This document shows, piece after piece, positions 50,101 through 59,253 of a stretch of DNA of 64,000 nt. The translations under genes and the position numbers were made by a program. The stretch is taken from IMG/VR virus record IMGVR_UViG_3300008262_000024, positions 1 through 64,000 of that record; one strand, given 5' to 3'. The DNA comes from a virus. Under the pieces are notes generated by a model. That model was not told the DNA's origin and did no database searches. It saw nothing but the letters and a program-made list of their open reading frames with translations. Position 1 is the first letter of the stretch. Each line of letters begins with the position of its first letter.

Positions 50101-53100
50101 GTGATCCATATGCACCTGTTATTGGATCTTCTGTTAAATTTGGATAACTACCATCATCTAAAGGTGATGCATAATAATTAGGAACTTTAACATTGATTGA
50201 ATTATTCCATTCATCATCTGATATAGTACCTAATTTATCTACATTTGAAAAAATATTGTAAAAATTTTCATCTGAATTTAATAAATATTCTTTTTGATAA
50301 TATGGTAATTTACTAAATTGATTCAATCTTAATCTTACTAAATAATCTTTATATTCAGGACTATCACGTTTATAGTATCTTTTAGGTGGATCATCATCAC
50401 CACCAAGTAATCCACCATTAGCTGCATATAACATATCTTGAGATTTTGTTTGATTACTTACAAAACTATCATTTAGAAATTTTAATTTTTCAGCATCACC
50501 TTTTATAAGTTCATATATATCTTTAATGTTAGAATCCAAATTTTCATCATCAAGATTTTTATTAATTATACTTCTTAATTCTTTAGGACTATAATCTTTA
50601 GTAGGATCAATATTATTTAATTGTCTCCATACACTTAATCTAGCCCTGATTTCTTCATCTTGAGTTAAAGCATCTTTACCACTTAACCATTTTTTATTAT
50701 TTTTAAATTCTTCAGGAAAACCACTGCTTATATTTAAAAATTCTTGAGGTGCTTTATTACTTAACCAATGATCATTTTCATGTGTTATTAAAGTATTTAT
50801 ATCTCCATAATATCTATTGTTAAGATCAGTGTCACTATAATCAATAGTATTTTTAGAAGGAGTATATAATCCTTCAGTTGTCATTTGATTAGAAGGTAAT
50901 ATATTTACTTTAGGATATTGATTTGGAGAGTTTAATAAATTTAATCTACTATTAGCAACATCTGTAAACTTAGGATTTTTTGCTCTACCTTCATACCACT
51001 TTTTAAAATAATCATATGTAGTTTTAGACGATTTATCTTTATCTCCACCATCTGAATAAATATAACCACCTGTAGCCTTTGGTTTATCATACAAGTTTCC
51101 TCCTGGATCTGGAGCTTCTAAATCTTTAAGAAGATATTGATCACTTAATTTTTTAAATTCTAATTCAGGTACTATTTGCTGTTCTTGACCAGAAATCCAT
51201 ACTCTATACATAGGATCTTCATAAGGAGATCTTCTGTATTTCTCATATGTACCTTCAAAAAAGTTATCTAAATTTGGTTTTCCAAAATCAACATTAGGAG
51301 GAGTTGCAATAATACCTGGTCCAACTTCTTCACCTTTATAAGGTTTTGAAGGTAATAATTCTATTTCTGGTTTTCCTAATATTGGTTTAATTTCTGGTTT
51401 TTTAAATATAGGCATTACAGCAGCTCCTTTTACTTTACTAAAATGATTACTATCATAAGCAATTTGAAAAGGTTTAATACCATTCTTACCATGCCAATAC
51501 TCCATTAATGGATCATCTCCTCTAATCATTTCGGGAGCACCTTCATATTTTTCAAACTCAAACTCTTCTCCAAAATCTTTATATTCTTTTAATTTATTAT
51601 TTGATACATTATATAAACTTAAACTATCATTATAAGCTCTTTCAGCTTTTTTAAATTCTGAAGGATTAGTGTATACTCTAGTTTTATTTTTATTTTTTTT
51701 ATTTTTATCTTTATCACCATCTACATAACCACCTTGAGCAGCATATTGCATAGGTGTTTGTGTTTGATTACTAGCAAGTGTATTTAAGTATTTAGATATT
51801 TCATCATCAGTATAATATTTAAATAAATGATTTTTATATCCTGATTCTTTAATTTGTTTTAATCTTTCTGGAGTAATTATTTCACCTGGTTGAAAATTAT
51901 TATCAAATCTCATTTGCATTAAGAAAGGATACATTTCACCTCTATTAAAATCTTTATCTAATCTATCTTGAGAAGGTGTTAAAAATTTACCTTTAAATGT
52001 TCTATCAAAAGTTTCATTATCATATAAACCTGTTTTATGCATTAACTCATGAACAGATACTGATTCTGGACCATATTGATCATTAGCTGCATTTGTAATT
52101 ACAATTCTACCTTGTTCATCAGTAAATCCTTGAGGATTTTTACTCATGGTTTTTTTAAAAAATTTATCATACTCAGGATCATTATAACTAGCTCTATATA
52201 AATCAAGTAATTGTGAATTATTTTCTGGATTTGTATTATATAAAAATTTAGTATCGTAGATATCACTTATAACACCAGGTATTGCTTTATTTATACTTTT
52301 TAAATTAGACTCAGCTGCTCTTTGTTTAGCTTCTTTATTTCCATAAATTTTTTTACTTAATTTTGAAGCATGGTCTGGAAAATTTTTATTTAATCTATTA
52401 GCAAATTCAGGATCTTGAACCCAAGAACTTACCCAATCTTGAGCAGGTTTAGCAACAGTAACTCCTTGATTTAAAGTAGATTTAAAAGGATCATCTTTAC
52501 CATCTGTTGGTCCACCTTGAGCTAATGAAACACCTTTATAAAAATTTGCAAGATCAAAATTTTGTCTATCATATTCTTGTCTACTAGGATAAGTTTGATA
52601 ATATTCTTCAGGAGTCATTCCTTGATTATTTATAAAACCTTCTCTCCATCTCATGTAACTATCGTACTCAGAATCTAAAATATCTTTATTTACTCCTGGC
52701 ATATAAGGATTATCAGTAGGATAAATAATATTATCATCTAATAATACTGGAGGTTGTACTAATGATTTGGTAGGTCCACCATGAGCATAAGGAATTCCTG
52801 TAGCTTTTTTATATCCTATTGATGATATATAATCAGCATATTGATTAGGTACTTTTATTGCTTCATTACCAGGATTCATTATAGTAGGATACATATAAGC
52901 TTGTCCTGTTTCATCTTCTCCCCATGCCATTAAATGAGAATTTTTTTGTCCAAATTCATTAACATCTGGTTGTACAAACATATTTGATTCTGGATATTCA
53001 CCAACAGCATAAGCTCTTTGCACAAAATCTTTATCTCTGTTTCTGTTCATAATAATTTTAGAAATTAAATCTCCTTCTAAAGTATTAACAGGTCCACCAT

Positions 53101-53236
53101 CAGAATATTGCTTAGCTTTAATTTTCCTTTCTTGCCTAAGCATTTCAGCAGTAGGCTTTTTAGGTTTAGCACCTGTCCTTCTGTTTTGTTCAGCTTTTTT
53201 CCTAATGTTTTTCCAGAGTGAGTTTTTTTCTGCCAT
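44192..53236 (-). CDS. Giant modular virion cargo protein (xxxGG-punctuated; three zincin modules; C-terminal lysozyme-like domain)
   Basis: 3014 aa; HELMH, HENDH, HETAH; about 20 xxxGG motifs; Gly-rich TM-like segments; C-terminal ILDYE..GG...YGI...D..YNTG. Confidence 0.75.
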   Translation of the reverse strand: MAEKNSLWKNIRKKAEQNRRTGAKPKKPTAEMLRQERKIKAKQYSDGGPVNTLEGDLISKIIMNRNRDKDFVQRAYAVGEYPESNMFVQPDVNEFGQKNSHLMAWGEDETGQAYMYPTIMNPGNEAIKVPNQYADYISSIGYKKATGIPYAHGGPTKSLVQPPVLLDDNIIYPTDNPYMPGVNKDILDSEYDSYMRWREGFINNQGMTPEEYYQTYPSRQEYDRQNFDLANFYKGVSLAQGGPTDGKDDPFKSTLNQGVTVAKPAQDWVSSWVQDPEFANRLNKNFPDHASKLSKKIYGNKEAKQRAAESNLKSINKAIPGVISDIYDTKFLYNTNPENNSQLLDLYRASYNDPEYDKFFKKTMSKNPQGFTDEQGRIVITNAANDQYGPESVSVHELMHKTGLYDNETFDRTFKGKFLTPSQDRLDKDFNRGEMYPFLMQMRFDNNFQPGEIITPERLKQIKESGYKNHLFKYYTDDEISKYLNTLASNQTQTPMQYAAQGGYVDGDKDKNKKNKNKTRVYTNPSEFKKAERAYNDSLSLYNVSNNKLKEYKDFGEEFEFEKYEGAPEMIRGDDPLMEYWHGKNGIKPFQIAYDSNHFSKVKGAAVMPIFKKPEIKPILGKPEIELLPSKPYKGEEVGPGIIATPPNVDFGKPNLDNFFEGTYEKYRRSPYEDPMYRVWISGQEQQIVPELEFKKLSDQYLLKDLEAPDPGGNLYDKPKATGGYIYSDGGDKDKSSKTTYDYFKKWYEGRAKNPKFTDVANSRLNLLNSPNQYPKVNILPSNQMTTEGLYTPSKNTIDYSDTDLNNRYYGDINTLITHENDHWLSNKAPQEFLNISSGFPEEFKNNKKWLSGKDALTQDEEIRARLSVWRQLNNIDPTKDYSPKELRSIINKNLDDENLDSNIKDIYELIKGDAEKLKFLNDSFVSNQTKSQDMLYAANGGLLGGDDDPPKRYYKRDSPEYKDYLVRLRLNQFSKLPYYQKEYLLNSDENFYNIFSNVDKLGTISDDEWNNSINVKVPNYYASPLDDGSYPNLTEDPITGAYGSPVTYSYTTEIPEHHYGETSNWSQYRYDDLDNPWNYNNLFKKYKPSKYHNQTSWEAEPLDNAYATTYLPKAPWKKNFTKEIEDDTNLIELQKYYPNLTKEELLDMVTHRRNHPTYITNRKDETNHWIEQITDVETYGIDKEHDINWHLKRGEYYPESIVNDPDQYTYPIPYWDEPAIKLATLDEIPNLQSIPFKGFESKEEPLKLSPIQLKFPSKVLLREMSPSLKKGTIDGVDRGTPELYMDDGQGWRAIDWNQYNMYKDMYPGADTEKGWIKNNQKATGGYMYDGGGPTGGNNKDGNKNNSVTLYRKKFWDPKQNKMINYVGSENNEYYMMPGDEMLQRTLPELEYIEDTGLYNPDIVGPTAPRFIPSETGWIQNPNYQPPASGRAEPTMGPIEAALFAPVAGAIASKTVPAVASTLQLPAVVGGRTIPWLTGNNILGLTGGISGANMLGSDINSGYYSSNAPWDEKLARGLETGLFLSGSPGVIGGLGMGLNTAKTGYRNYFKNNFSVNPNIPINPLQKPSLADKRNFALWQANEDAATFSQSPYNRKKLSLFRTNNEFNLSNQKARFANDPELVEPFNRFRDFENAKEPDPFKQVADNPRLYLEDKSGNISQGKYGIRDIGDKDDIIVIDPHLSPEDTYLTGIHETAHSRTLRDLSTLPTVHERKILDDAWSKGLKNQDGTYVYKNHDAAHYEAEAVQNELRMILNDKDGSRVYYPKDDEDIKNALQYLINQKHPYVQSVNDFDISKIRKSLNKIGFAGTTGVVIGTTMKQNLQPEQQSQGGYMNPYMYYAGVPMQYKRGGVLEDIGKLGLNFIASPFEQISGNNFVNFNYNNKGFANAAAVMEGVAGLGTDVAGSIFLGPAYGMGKGAIQGVTKNLGHSQEYQRGADKWANKTGQIASSAGNLTSGIISGNPQQIVSGAGQVLGTLGSEFGSKELNAAGQLVGIGSRFVNPSQGMPSTTPSVDSSINNFQNPAMYPDQMLNQGLSFAATGGNINNNSLNLQNSMRDKYKNYRTRYSKGGTTLEKYGINLIPKSSGLHHENAYGGVPIGPNAMAEGGEYVLDDSYVVSDEVNGQNTQTDEFGRTMAENLKKRLDKYTLRDLSKYKDNLRRPMDPLVEETIEQIKQRAIKETELARAEAKAKEEQRQAMVNGALQYAAAGGKLNKDITKIVEEEYAAAYGGYINPKKYKGLNMPGYSKGGKLPKEILRARVESHMSPQEADAYVNQYGEGGGIHIKESKRGTFTAAATKHGKSVQEFARQVLANKENYSSAMVKKANFARNAASWKHAHGGPMVSNVAQPFQVAAQNRGGMMMAQGGNMYSNGGPPYDLPGMADMDASEYNNINNYLTNLDTPNVIDAQGNATSILDRQKNTNPNPMNNFLNTIRSYLSARDYLKQRGFRIGNRSTTNNQQPNINPINQPSPFLPEHLRPVEQIPGPYSPSRVSNTSNTSNTSGFIPPMVSANKKAGPESIDLETFEFDKSGNIINNSSAEPITENIDAPVNKNIPSELGQPLTGSTSMLDWGYEGVNLDGDPVSINPNMISQYEEGWRPEGASIPKVNQPNQPNQGLTGLDYASMAAQAAGPLSQLYYGLKGPDDVNYERIKADKIDPYRAIILANKQSRQAQDLAGYNLRQSAPTSGSYMSNMRGLGLQAANQRGAQTAGIQYEADVANTQMQNQVNAQNAQIAMQEQIDRQQEKDAARTNVTEGLSGVGSSTANMIRDYRINQVNKTIANNIGTGNFKLVPDGQGGFKFVPNTEGGTFTPTPYNDPYKQNAPAANTGANTPAANANVPSANVTPADKVNNNEWINQILDYESTKGSAGGTGLENYGIKKEKWSKKYPEMWKDNKIDKDEATEFITKEYLPQVKDYPVDVQKRLVDYKYNTGRNIEDVLLLAAGFTTLNDVQTKATDEKLFKEKEAEIKALMNDPAFVQKIDKAKQDILSDYWKRKGTPDVYKNTSEGRINMWNK
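45398..45422. repeat. In-frame 9-bp tandem microrepeat (NQP repeats)
   Basis: TTGATTAGG x2 plus a partial copy, in a low-complexity linker. Confidence 0.6.
45738..45766. repeat. In-frame 9-bp tandem microrepeat (SNT repeats)
   Basis: GAAGTATTA x3. Confidence 0.7.
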
Positions 53237-53238
53237 AA

Positions 53239-56200
53239 TTATCTAGGTAGTATTTTACTTCTTAATGAGTATTCAGTCATTACATCATGTAGTCTGAATA
53301 TTTTATCTCCACCATTAATAGTATGTTTAAATAGTACATCAATATATTTATCAGACATTCTTGGTTTTATAGTTAAGTTAGGATTAGTTTCATCTCTTGG
53401 GATTTGTAATCTCCAAGATCTAATCTTCTCAGTAAAGTTAGCAATTCTTTCATTAACTATTTGATAGTCATTAGATATACCATAACTAGTAATAGTTTCA
53501 TTTAATTGTTGATCTGTTGCTACATCAATAACTTCAGTATTAATAATAAAGTTATCAAATGTCTTTACAAAGTCTGAGTTTTCATTAACTCTAAATTTAA
53601 TATATGATGGGAATGTAGTTTCATAAAAAGTATTTCTTAATCCTAGATTATGTGTATATACTTCAGATGTTTGTGAAGGATTAATTGACAAAAATCTTTT
53701 TCTCATATTAAGATATAATGATGGATAAAAGTCACAGAAAGATTCAAAAGAATCTAATAGTTCATTATATGCAATAGTATAAGAAGTTTCAAATGGTCCA
53801 TCTGGAACAAAGAATGTAAAATAAACTGTATTGTATTCTGAGTTGTATCCTGATACAATACCACATCTTTGTGGTGTACCTTGCTTAGTAGGTGGTAATA
53901 GAATTTTATCTTTAGTTTTTAATTCAGTATTAACAAATGCAGTTCTAAAGAATCCACTTAAACCATTAACATCAGTAAGTGGTGATACACCTGCACCATC
54001 TTTAGACATTGAATATTTAAACAACTTATTAATAAAAGCATCATAGTGATATATAGCAGAACCTGTAGCTTTTACAGCAAATGAATGTTTAGCTCCTGTT
54101 TCAGTAGATATATAGTCAAATCTTTGAAGTAAAGTACCTGTACCTAATTGAGTTTGTGTAGCATCACCTTCATTAGCAAGTACTCTCTCATTAACAGATG
54201 CAACACCAAATCCATCATTTTGATAATAGTATAGTTTATCTTTAAATTGAACTAGTCTATTGATCTCACCATAGTTACCATTAACAGTAAGTGCATTGTT
54301 AATTAAGAATGATCTCCAACTATCTATTCTTTCATTATCTAACTTAGGTTCTGTACCATATATAGTATGTGGTTCACGAACTACATTAGTTTGATTTAAG
54401 CCTTTAGATATAAATAGGTTAGTTGTATTTTGTTGAGATAGTGCATCATTATAAACATAATAACTTGGAGTTATTGTATAACTACCTTCAACAGTATCTA
54501 ATCTATTAGATGCATGTTGATTACTTATATTTAATTCTGTATTAAATGATGATTCACAAGGAAAAAATAAACCTAATCCAAATGGAGGATTACTTCCTGG
54601 ATTTGGACTTATATCCCATCCACTACCTTCTTTATAATTTATATTACTTCTTTGCCAATCAAAATAATTAACATAAGTATCTCCACCAAATACACCATTA
54701 GTTACTAATCCACTAGGATAATTATCTTCTGATGTATTTTTATCCCAAGGTTGAAAGTGATTAGTAAGTATATAATCATTACCATATCTATCAGATCTTA
54801 ACCATCCACCATATTGACTTGTTAAATATCTTTCATATGAAGTTAAATATAATGGTAATTTTAAAGTATTACTATTATATGCTCTAGAAGTATCAGGTCC
54901 AGGTTGAATAAATGTCATTAATTCACAAGCATTACCCCATTCCATATATTCATTATTTTCAGCTTCATTCATGTTAGAAGAAGCCATATTTATAAATGGA
55001 AAATCTAAACCTGTAATACTATTAACAGGTAAAGAGCCTCCACCTGTTGGATAATTAACATATGTTCTACCTGCTATTTCAAATTTATTTTTAGATGTAG
55101 CTGTATAATCTGAAGTTGTACCTGTACTATCTGGTACTAAAGGATTAGTTGTTTCAAGTCCATAAGTATAATTAAAATCAGCAGATGCTATATAATATAA
55201 TACTGTATTTGAAGGCCATGTTGCAGAATTAAATATTTTTTGAGAATAATATGATAATTGACTAAAATCATTAGTCCTACCTATCATTCTCATATAATCA
55301 TTTGATATAAAAAAACCTGATTTTCTATTTAAAAAATTAGGTGAATAAAAAGTTTGTATTCTAGCTCTTGTTCTCCAATTAGGATTACCTTGTATTGTTG
55401 AATCAAATAACCATCTATCATTTGTAGGAAGTATATCACCACTTCTTTCATAAGGTACTATATTATATTTACCTACTGAATCTGGAGCAAATTCTACATA
55501 TACAGTTGGTAATAAAACACCTGTACCTAATCTAGTACTATTATTAATATCTCTTCTAACTCTTACATAAGACCATCCAGATATTTGATCTTTAATAGCT
55601 TGAAACTGTGGTTTACTAATGTCTAATGTAAATTTAATACCTATTTGTTTTGTATATAAGTCACCACTTACTTGAGAATAACCTGCAGGAAAAACTATTG
55701 CTGAAGTACTGTTTACAGTAGAACCACCAGGAAGAGCTTCAATTATTAAACCAACAGCACCTAAACCTGCAGGAAATGAAAAATAAACTTGAGTTGAATT
55801 ATAAACTGATGCAGTTATATCTAAAGCATTAGGTAAAAATGAAGTATTAAATGTATCAACATAATCTGTTATATCAGACACGCTACCACTAAATAATAAA
55901 GTATTATTAAATATAGTTTGACTAAGTGAATCAGAGTAATATGAAGGGTCTATTGTTAGAATTGCAAAATCTCTATTACCTGCATTATTATCAGTTAAAC
56001 CAAAATCTCCATTACTGTCATATGCAAATGGAAACTTAATATCACCTATCCAATTAACATAAGATGGATAACCATATATATCATAGAATACAATACCAAA
56101 TCTATACACTTCACCTCTAGAATATCCTGTAAATAAAGATTCTACATAAGGATTTTTCATAGAATCTAATGATGTATTGTTAGATAAATAATAAGTATAT

Positions 56201-58014
56201 GTATCTGTGAATGGTTGTGTAAAATCATTAACACCATCCATAGCAGGTCTTATATAAGGTGTTGTATTTGGTAAACCTGCAAGTTTAGCTAATTTAGTAT
56301 CAACAATAAATTCATAACTTATATTTAAACCTTCACCACCTAATGTTATACCATCAGATTTATATTTGTATTGAGAATTAGCTCCCCAGTTACCAGCAGA
56401 TAATGGATTTACAGATATATCAGGATTCTCATCATTAAATGGATTTATAACATCAAAATTATCAGGTATTAATGAATAGTCAATAGGACCTGATATATTA
56501 CCTTCAATAGATATTGTATTACTATTAGCATTTATTAAAACTGATGGAGTTGATATAGTATCACTTGCATTATATAGTTTAGATATTCTTGAAGAATTAA
56601 ATCTATAAGCTCTTGCATCAAATGCAGGATCAAAGTATTTAGTAATTGCATTAGCTGCAAACAATCTATTTCTTACAACATCAAGAGTTTTAAATATTTC
56701 TGGTGGTCTATTAAGATTAGCAATCTCTGTAGAATCTACAGGAATGTCATTCTCATTACCATTGTGAACTATACTTATAAATCCATCATCAGGAATAAAT
56801 CTTTCATCAAAAAAGAATGCTTCTGGAAAATCTGCAATCTGATATACTATATAACCTATTCTAATAATATCATAGTTAGTATCTAAATTAGTTAATTGAA
56901 TCTTAACTGACTTTTGTGAATTAACTCCTGGTTTACTACCTGTAACTACATATTTAGAAATATCACCTGAAAATAATGATATTAAACTACTTACAGGTGA
57001 GTATGTAGATTTGGCACCTTGATTAGAATATAGTTGATAGAAGTATTGATATTTACCTGCAGGTAATGTACCACCATCTATTATTTGTTCAATAATAGGT
57101 TTTTGTGGTAAGTGTAATGGTATATAAGAAAATAATTCTTCAGGTGTTGCCCATATTTGAGGGTCTTGTATATTACAAGTTCTTAAGTTATTATACCAAT
57201 CTGTCCATACTACTCTTGTAATTTCAGTACTTTCAAATCTACATTTTAAATGTTCACTAATAGTATAGTTTCTAGATAGATTTAATCTACCTGCATATTT
57301 TAATGTGGTTAATGGTTTTAAAAACAAACCATCTAGTTGTGAAGTAATTATATTACCAGTAGCATTATTATAAGTTACATCCCATAAAAACCCTTCAGTA
57401 TCTAAAGGATCTACTGAAGATTCTCCTCCACTACAACTTATAAGTACTACATTATCATTATATACACCCCATCCTAATATAGTATGGCCAGTAATTTTAT
57501 CTGTTCTTTGTATATATTCTATATTACTTGTAGTAACAGTTATACTAGAATTAATAATATCTGATTGTGGTTTAAAATCATATAGTACTACATTATTAGA
57601 ATTAAAATAAAACTTTAAATTTTCTTTACCAGAAAATATAAATGTAGGATCTGCAAGTATATTATTTAATTCAATACTTATAAACTCATATGATTTATCT
57701 TGTATGTTATTTATAGTAAAGAAATTTTGTTCAACATAAGAAAAACCTGTTGAAGGATCAAACACTGTTCTTTGTATAAATATAAATGCTGTACCTGAGT
57801 AATTATTAATCTTGGTAAATGAATGTGTAGCTTCAATTGGAGGTAACTTAAAGTCAAACTTATTACCTCTAATGTTTTCTATAGCAAATGTTGATGAACC
57901 CTCATCAGTAATTACCCTGATGTTTTTAGCATCAAGGTAACTATCTGGTTGAGTTTTAAGTTTTGAAAAGTCTGAATTTAATCCTTTAATCCAAGTGTTC
58001 TTACTTACTGGCAT
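53239..58014 (-). CDS. Tail stabilisation / muzzle protein (crAss-like)
   Basis: 1591 aa, beta-rich; KGLNSD..YLDAKNIR N-terminus, WTDWYN, GEVYRFGIVFYD, FGGDTY, YGEINRL. Confidence 0.8.
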   Translation of the reverse strand: MPVSKNTWIKGLNSDFSKLKTQPDSYLDAKNIRVITDEGSSTFAIENIRGNKFDFKLPPIEATHSFTKINNYSGTAFIFIQRTVFDPSTGFSYVEQNFFTINNIQDKSYEFISIELNNILADPTFIFSGKENLKFYFNSNNVVLYDFKPQSDIINSSITVTTSNIEYIQRTDKITGHTILGWGVYNDNVVLISCSGGESSVDPLDTEGFLWDVTYNNATGNIITSQLDGLFLKPLTTLKYAGRLNLSRNYTISEHLKCRFESTEITRVVWTDWYNNLRTCNIQDPQIWATPEELFSYIPLHLPQKPIIEQIIDGGTLPAGKYQYFYQLYSNQGAKSTYSPVSSLISLFSGDISKYVVTGSKPGVNSQKSVKIQLTNLDTNYDIIRIGYIVYQIADFPEAFFFDERFIPDDGFISIVHNGNENDIPVDSTEIANLNRPPEIFKTLDVVRNRLFAANAITKYFDPAFDARAYRFNSSRISKLYNASDTISTPSVLINANSNTISIEGNISGPIDYSLIPDNFDVINPFNDENPDISVNPLSAGNWGANSQYKYKSDGITLGGEGLNISYEFIVDTKLAKLAGLPNTTPYIRPAMDGVNDFTQPFTDTYTYYLSNNTSLDSMKNPYVESLFTGYSRGEVYRFGIVFYDIYGYPSYVNWIGDIKFPFAYDSNGDFGLTDNNAGNRDFAILTIDPSYYSDSLSQTIFNNTLLFSGSVSDITDYVDTFNTSFLPNALDITASVYNSTQVYFSFPAGLGAVGLIIEALPGGSTVNSTSAIVFPAGYSQVSGDLYTKQIGIKFTLDISKPQFQAIKDQISGWSYVRVRRDINNSTRLGTGVLLPTVYVEFAPDSVGKYNIVPYERSGDILPTNDRWLFDSTIQGNPNWRTRARIQTFYSPNFLNRKSGFFISNDYMRMIGRTNDFSQLSYYSQKIFNSATWPSNTVLYYIASADFNYTYGLETTNPLVPDSTGTTSDYTATSKNKFEIAGRTYVNYPTGGGSLPVNSITGLDFPFINMASSNMNEAENNEYMEWGNACELMTFIQPGPDTSRAYNSNTLKLPLYLTSYERYLTSQYGGWLRSDRYGNDYILTNHFQPWDKNTSEDNYPSGLVTNGVFGGDTYVNYFDWQRSNINYKEGSGWDISPNPGSNPPFGLGLFFPCESSFNTELNISNQHASNRLDTVEGSYTITPSYYVYNDALSQQNTTNLFISKGLNQTNVVREPHTIYGTEPKLDNERIDSWRSFLINNALTVNGNYGEINRLVQFKDKLYYYQNDGFGVASVNERVLANEGDATQTQLGTGTLLQRFDYISTETGAKHSFAVKATGSAIYHYDAFINKLFKYSMSKDGAGVSPLTDVNGLSGFFRTAFVNTELKTKDKILLPPTKQGTPQRCGIVSGYNSEYNTVYFTFFVPDGPFETSYTIAYNELLDSFESFCDFYPSLYLNMRKRFLSINPSQTSEVYTHNLGLRNTFYETTFPSYIKFRVNENSDFVKTFDNFIINTEVIDVATDQQLNETITSYGISNDYQIVNERIANFTEKIRSWRLQIPRDETNPNLTIKPRMSDKYIDVLFKHTINGGDKIFRLHDVMTEYSLRSKILPR

Positions 58015-58025
58015 ATGTCTTCAAA

Positions 58026-58964
58026 TTAAAAATATCTATATGGGTGATTAAACATTTTTTCAGGTAACTGCATGTTTCTAAACATGTTGTTATGATTGTT
58101 ATATTGAGGAATAAGTTTAAGCCACTGATTCTTGAATGATTCCATTTCATCAATAGAAGGTGTCTTAGTTTTATTAACTGCTTGAGCAACTTTCCAATCT
58201 CTTTCTCTCTCAATCATTTGGAATACTTTATCAGTAATATTACCTTGTATAAATTGTTTAAATGCAATCTTGTAAGCAATCTCATATTGTACAGCTTGTC
58301 TCCACCACTCATCAGCAGGTATCATAGGAAATCCTTCTTCATCAGTAGGAATTGCCAAGTATGACATTAACACTCTACCATTAGTAAAATTGGTAAATAT
58401 ATGATTACCACTTACTGTATAAGTATGATTAGACTTACAATAAAAGTCATAATCTGAACAATGTTGTTTAGTATGAAAAGTATCAGTAGCCCATCTCATA
58501 GGCTCTAATCTGTAATTAGGTTTAGCTAAAGAACCACCTGCAGATCTAATAATAGGTTTACCTGGATCACATCCTTCTGGTGTACACTCATCACAAGTAG
58601 TAAATGAATTACATCCACATAGTTTAAACTTTCTGTTAACTATATCAATAGCAGATACTTCAACATATTCTGTACCTCTATCTAATGTAGATATTACCAT
58701 TGATGTACAACCATCATTACCTGCCTCTACCATTCTAGCAGTTTGTACAATAGATTCTAAATCACAAGGCAATACACCTCTGGATTCTTCAATAGTTATT
58801 TCCTCAACCTTGTTTTGAAGACTAAGAGGAACTTTTAATAAAGCTAAAATACTACCTGCCCATTCAGCTGCTTCAGTAAATGATAGGCTGTAATTAAAGC
58901 CAAAATCCATGTAGACTCTTTCTACTATGGTTTTAAGACTAACATGTTTTCCAGAGATTGCCAT
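58026..58964 (-). CDS. Tail tubular / ring protein
   Basis: Upstream of the stabilisation protein; IFTNFTNGRVLMSY.AIPTDEEGFPMIP pattern. Confidence 0.7.
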   Translation of the reverse strand: MAISGKHVSLKTIVERVYMDFGFNYSLSFTEAAEWAGSILALLKVPLSLQNKVEEITIEESRGVLPCDLESIVQTARMVEAGNDGCTSMVISTLDRGTEYVEVSAIDIVNRKFKLCGCNSFTTCDECTPEGCDPGKPIIRSAGGSLAKPNYRLEPMRWATDTFHTKQHCSDYDFYCKSNHTYTVSGNHIFTNFTNGRVLMSYLAIPTDEEGFPMIPADEWWRQAVQYEIAYKIAFKQFIQGNITDKVFQMIERERDWKVAQAVNKTKTPSIDEMESFKNQWLKLIPQYNNHNNMFRNMQLPEKMFNHPYRYF

Positions 58965-58972
58965 AATTTATA

Positions 58973-59230
58973 TTAGAATGAAAGATTTTCTAAACCATCA
59001 AGAATCTTATCTTCATAAGACTCCTCTTCAGTTTTAGGTTGTTGACCTTCTAATGGATTTTTCTTAGAGATGTATTTCTTACATTCACTAACATATTTTT
59101 CATCTTCACCAGATGAACCATATTTTTCCATTGTAATTACAAAACCATTTTCTACTTGTTCAACACAAACTCTTTTTGTAATACCATTAGAAGTTTCAGA
59201 TTTCTCCCAACGATTATGTTTTTTATCCAT
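58973..59230 (-). CDS. Hypothetical protein
   Basis: ORF 58973..59251; probable start MDKKH; VEQVENGFVI motif. Confidence 0.6.
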   Translation of the reverse strand: MDKKHNRWEKSETSNGITKRVCVEQVENGFVITMEKYGSSGEDEKYVSECKKYISKKNPLEGQQPKTEEESYEDKILDGLENLSF

Positions 59231-59253
59231 TGTTGTAGCTATTAAATGCATTG

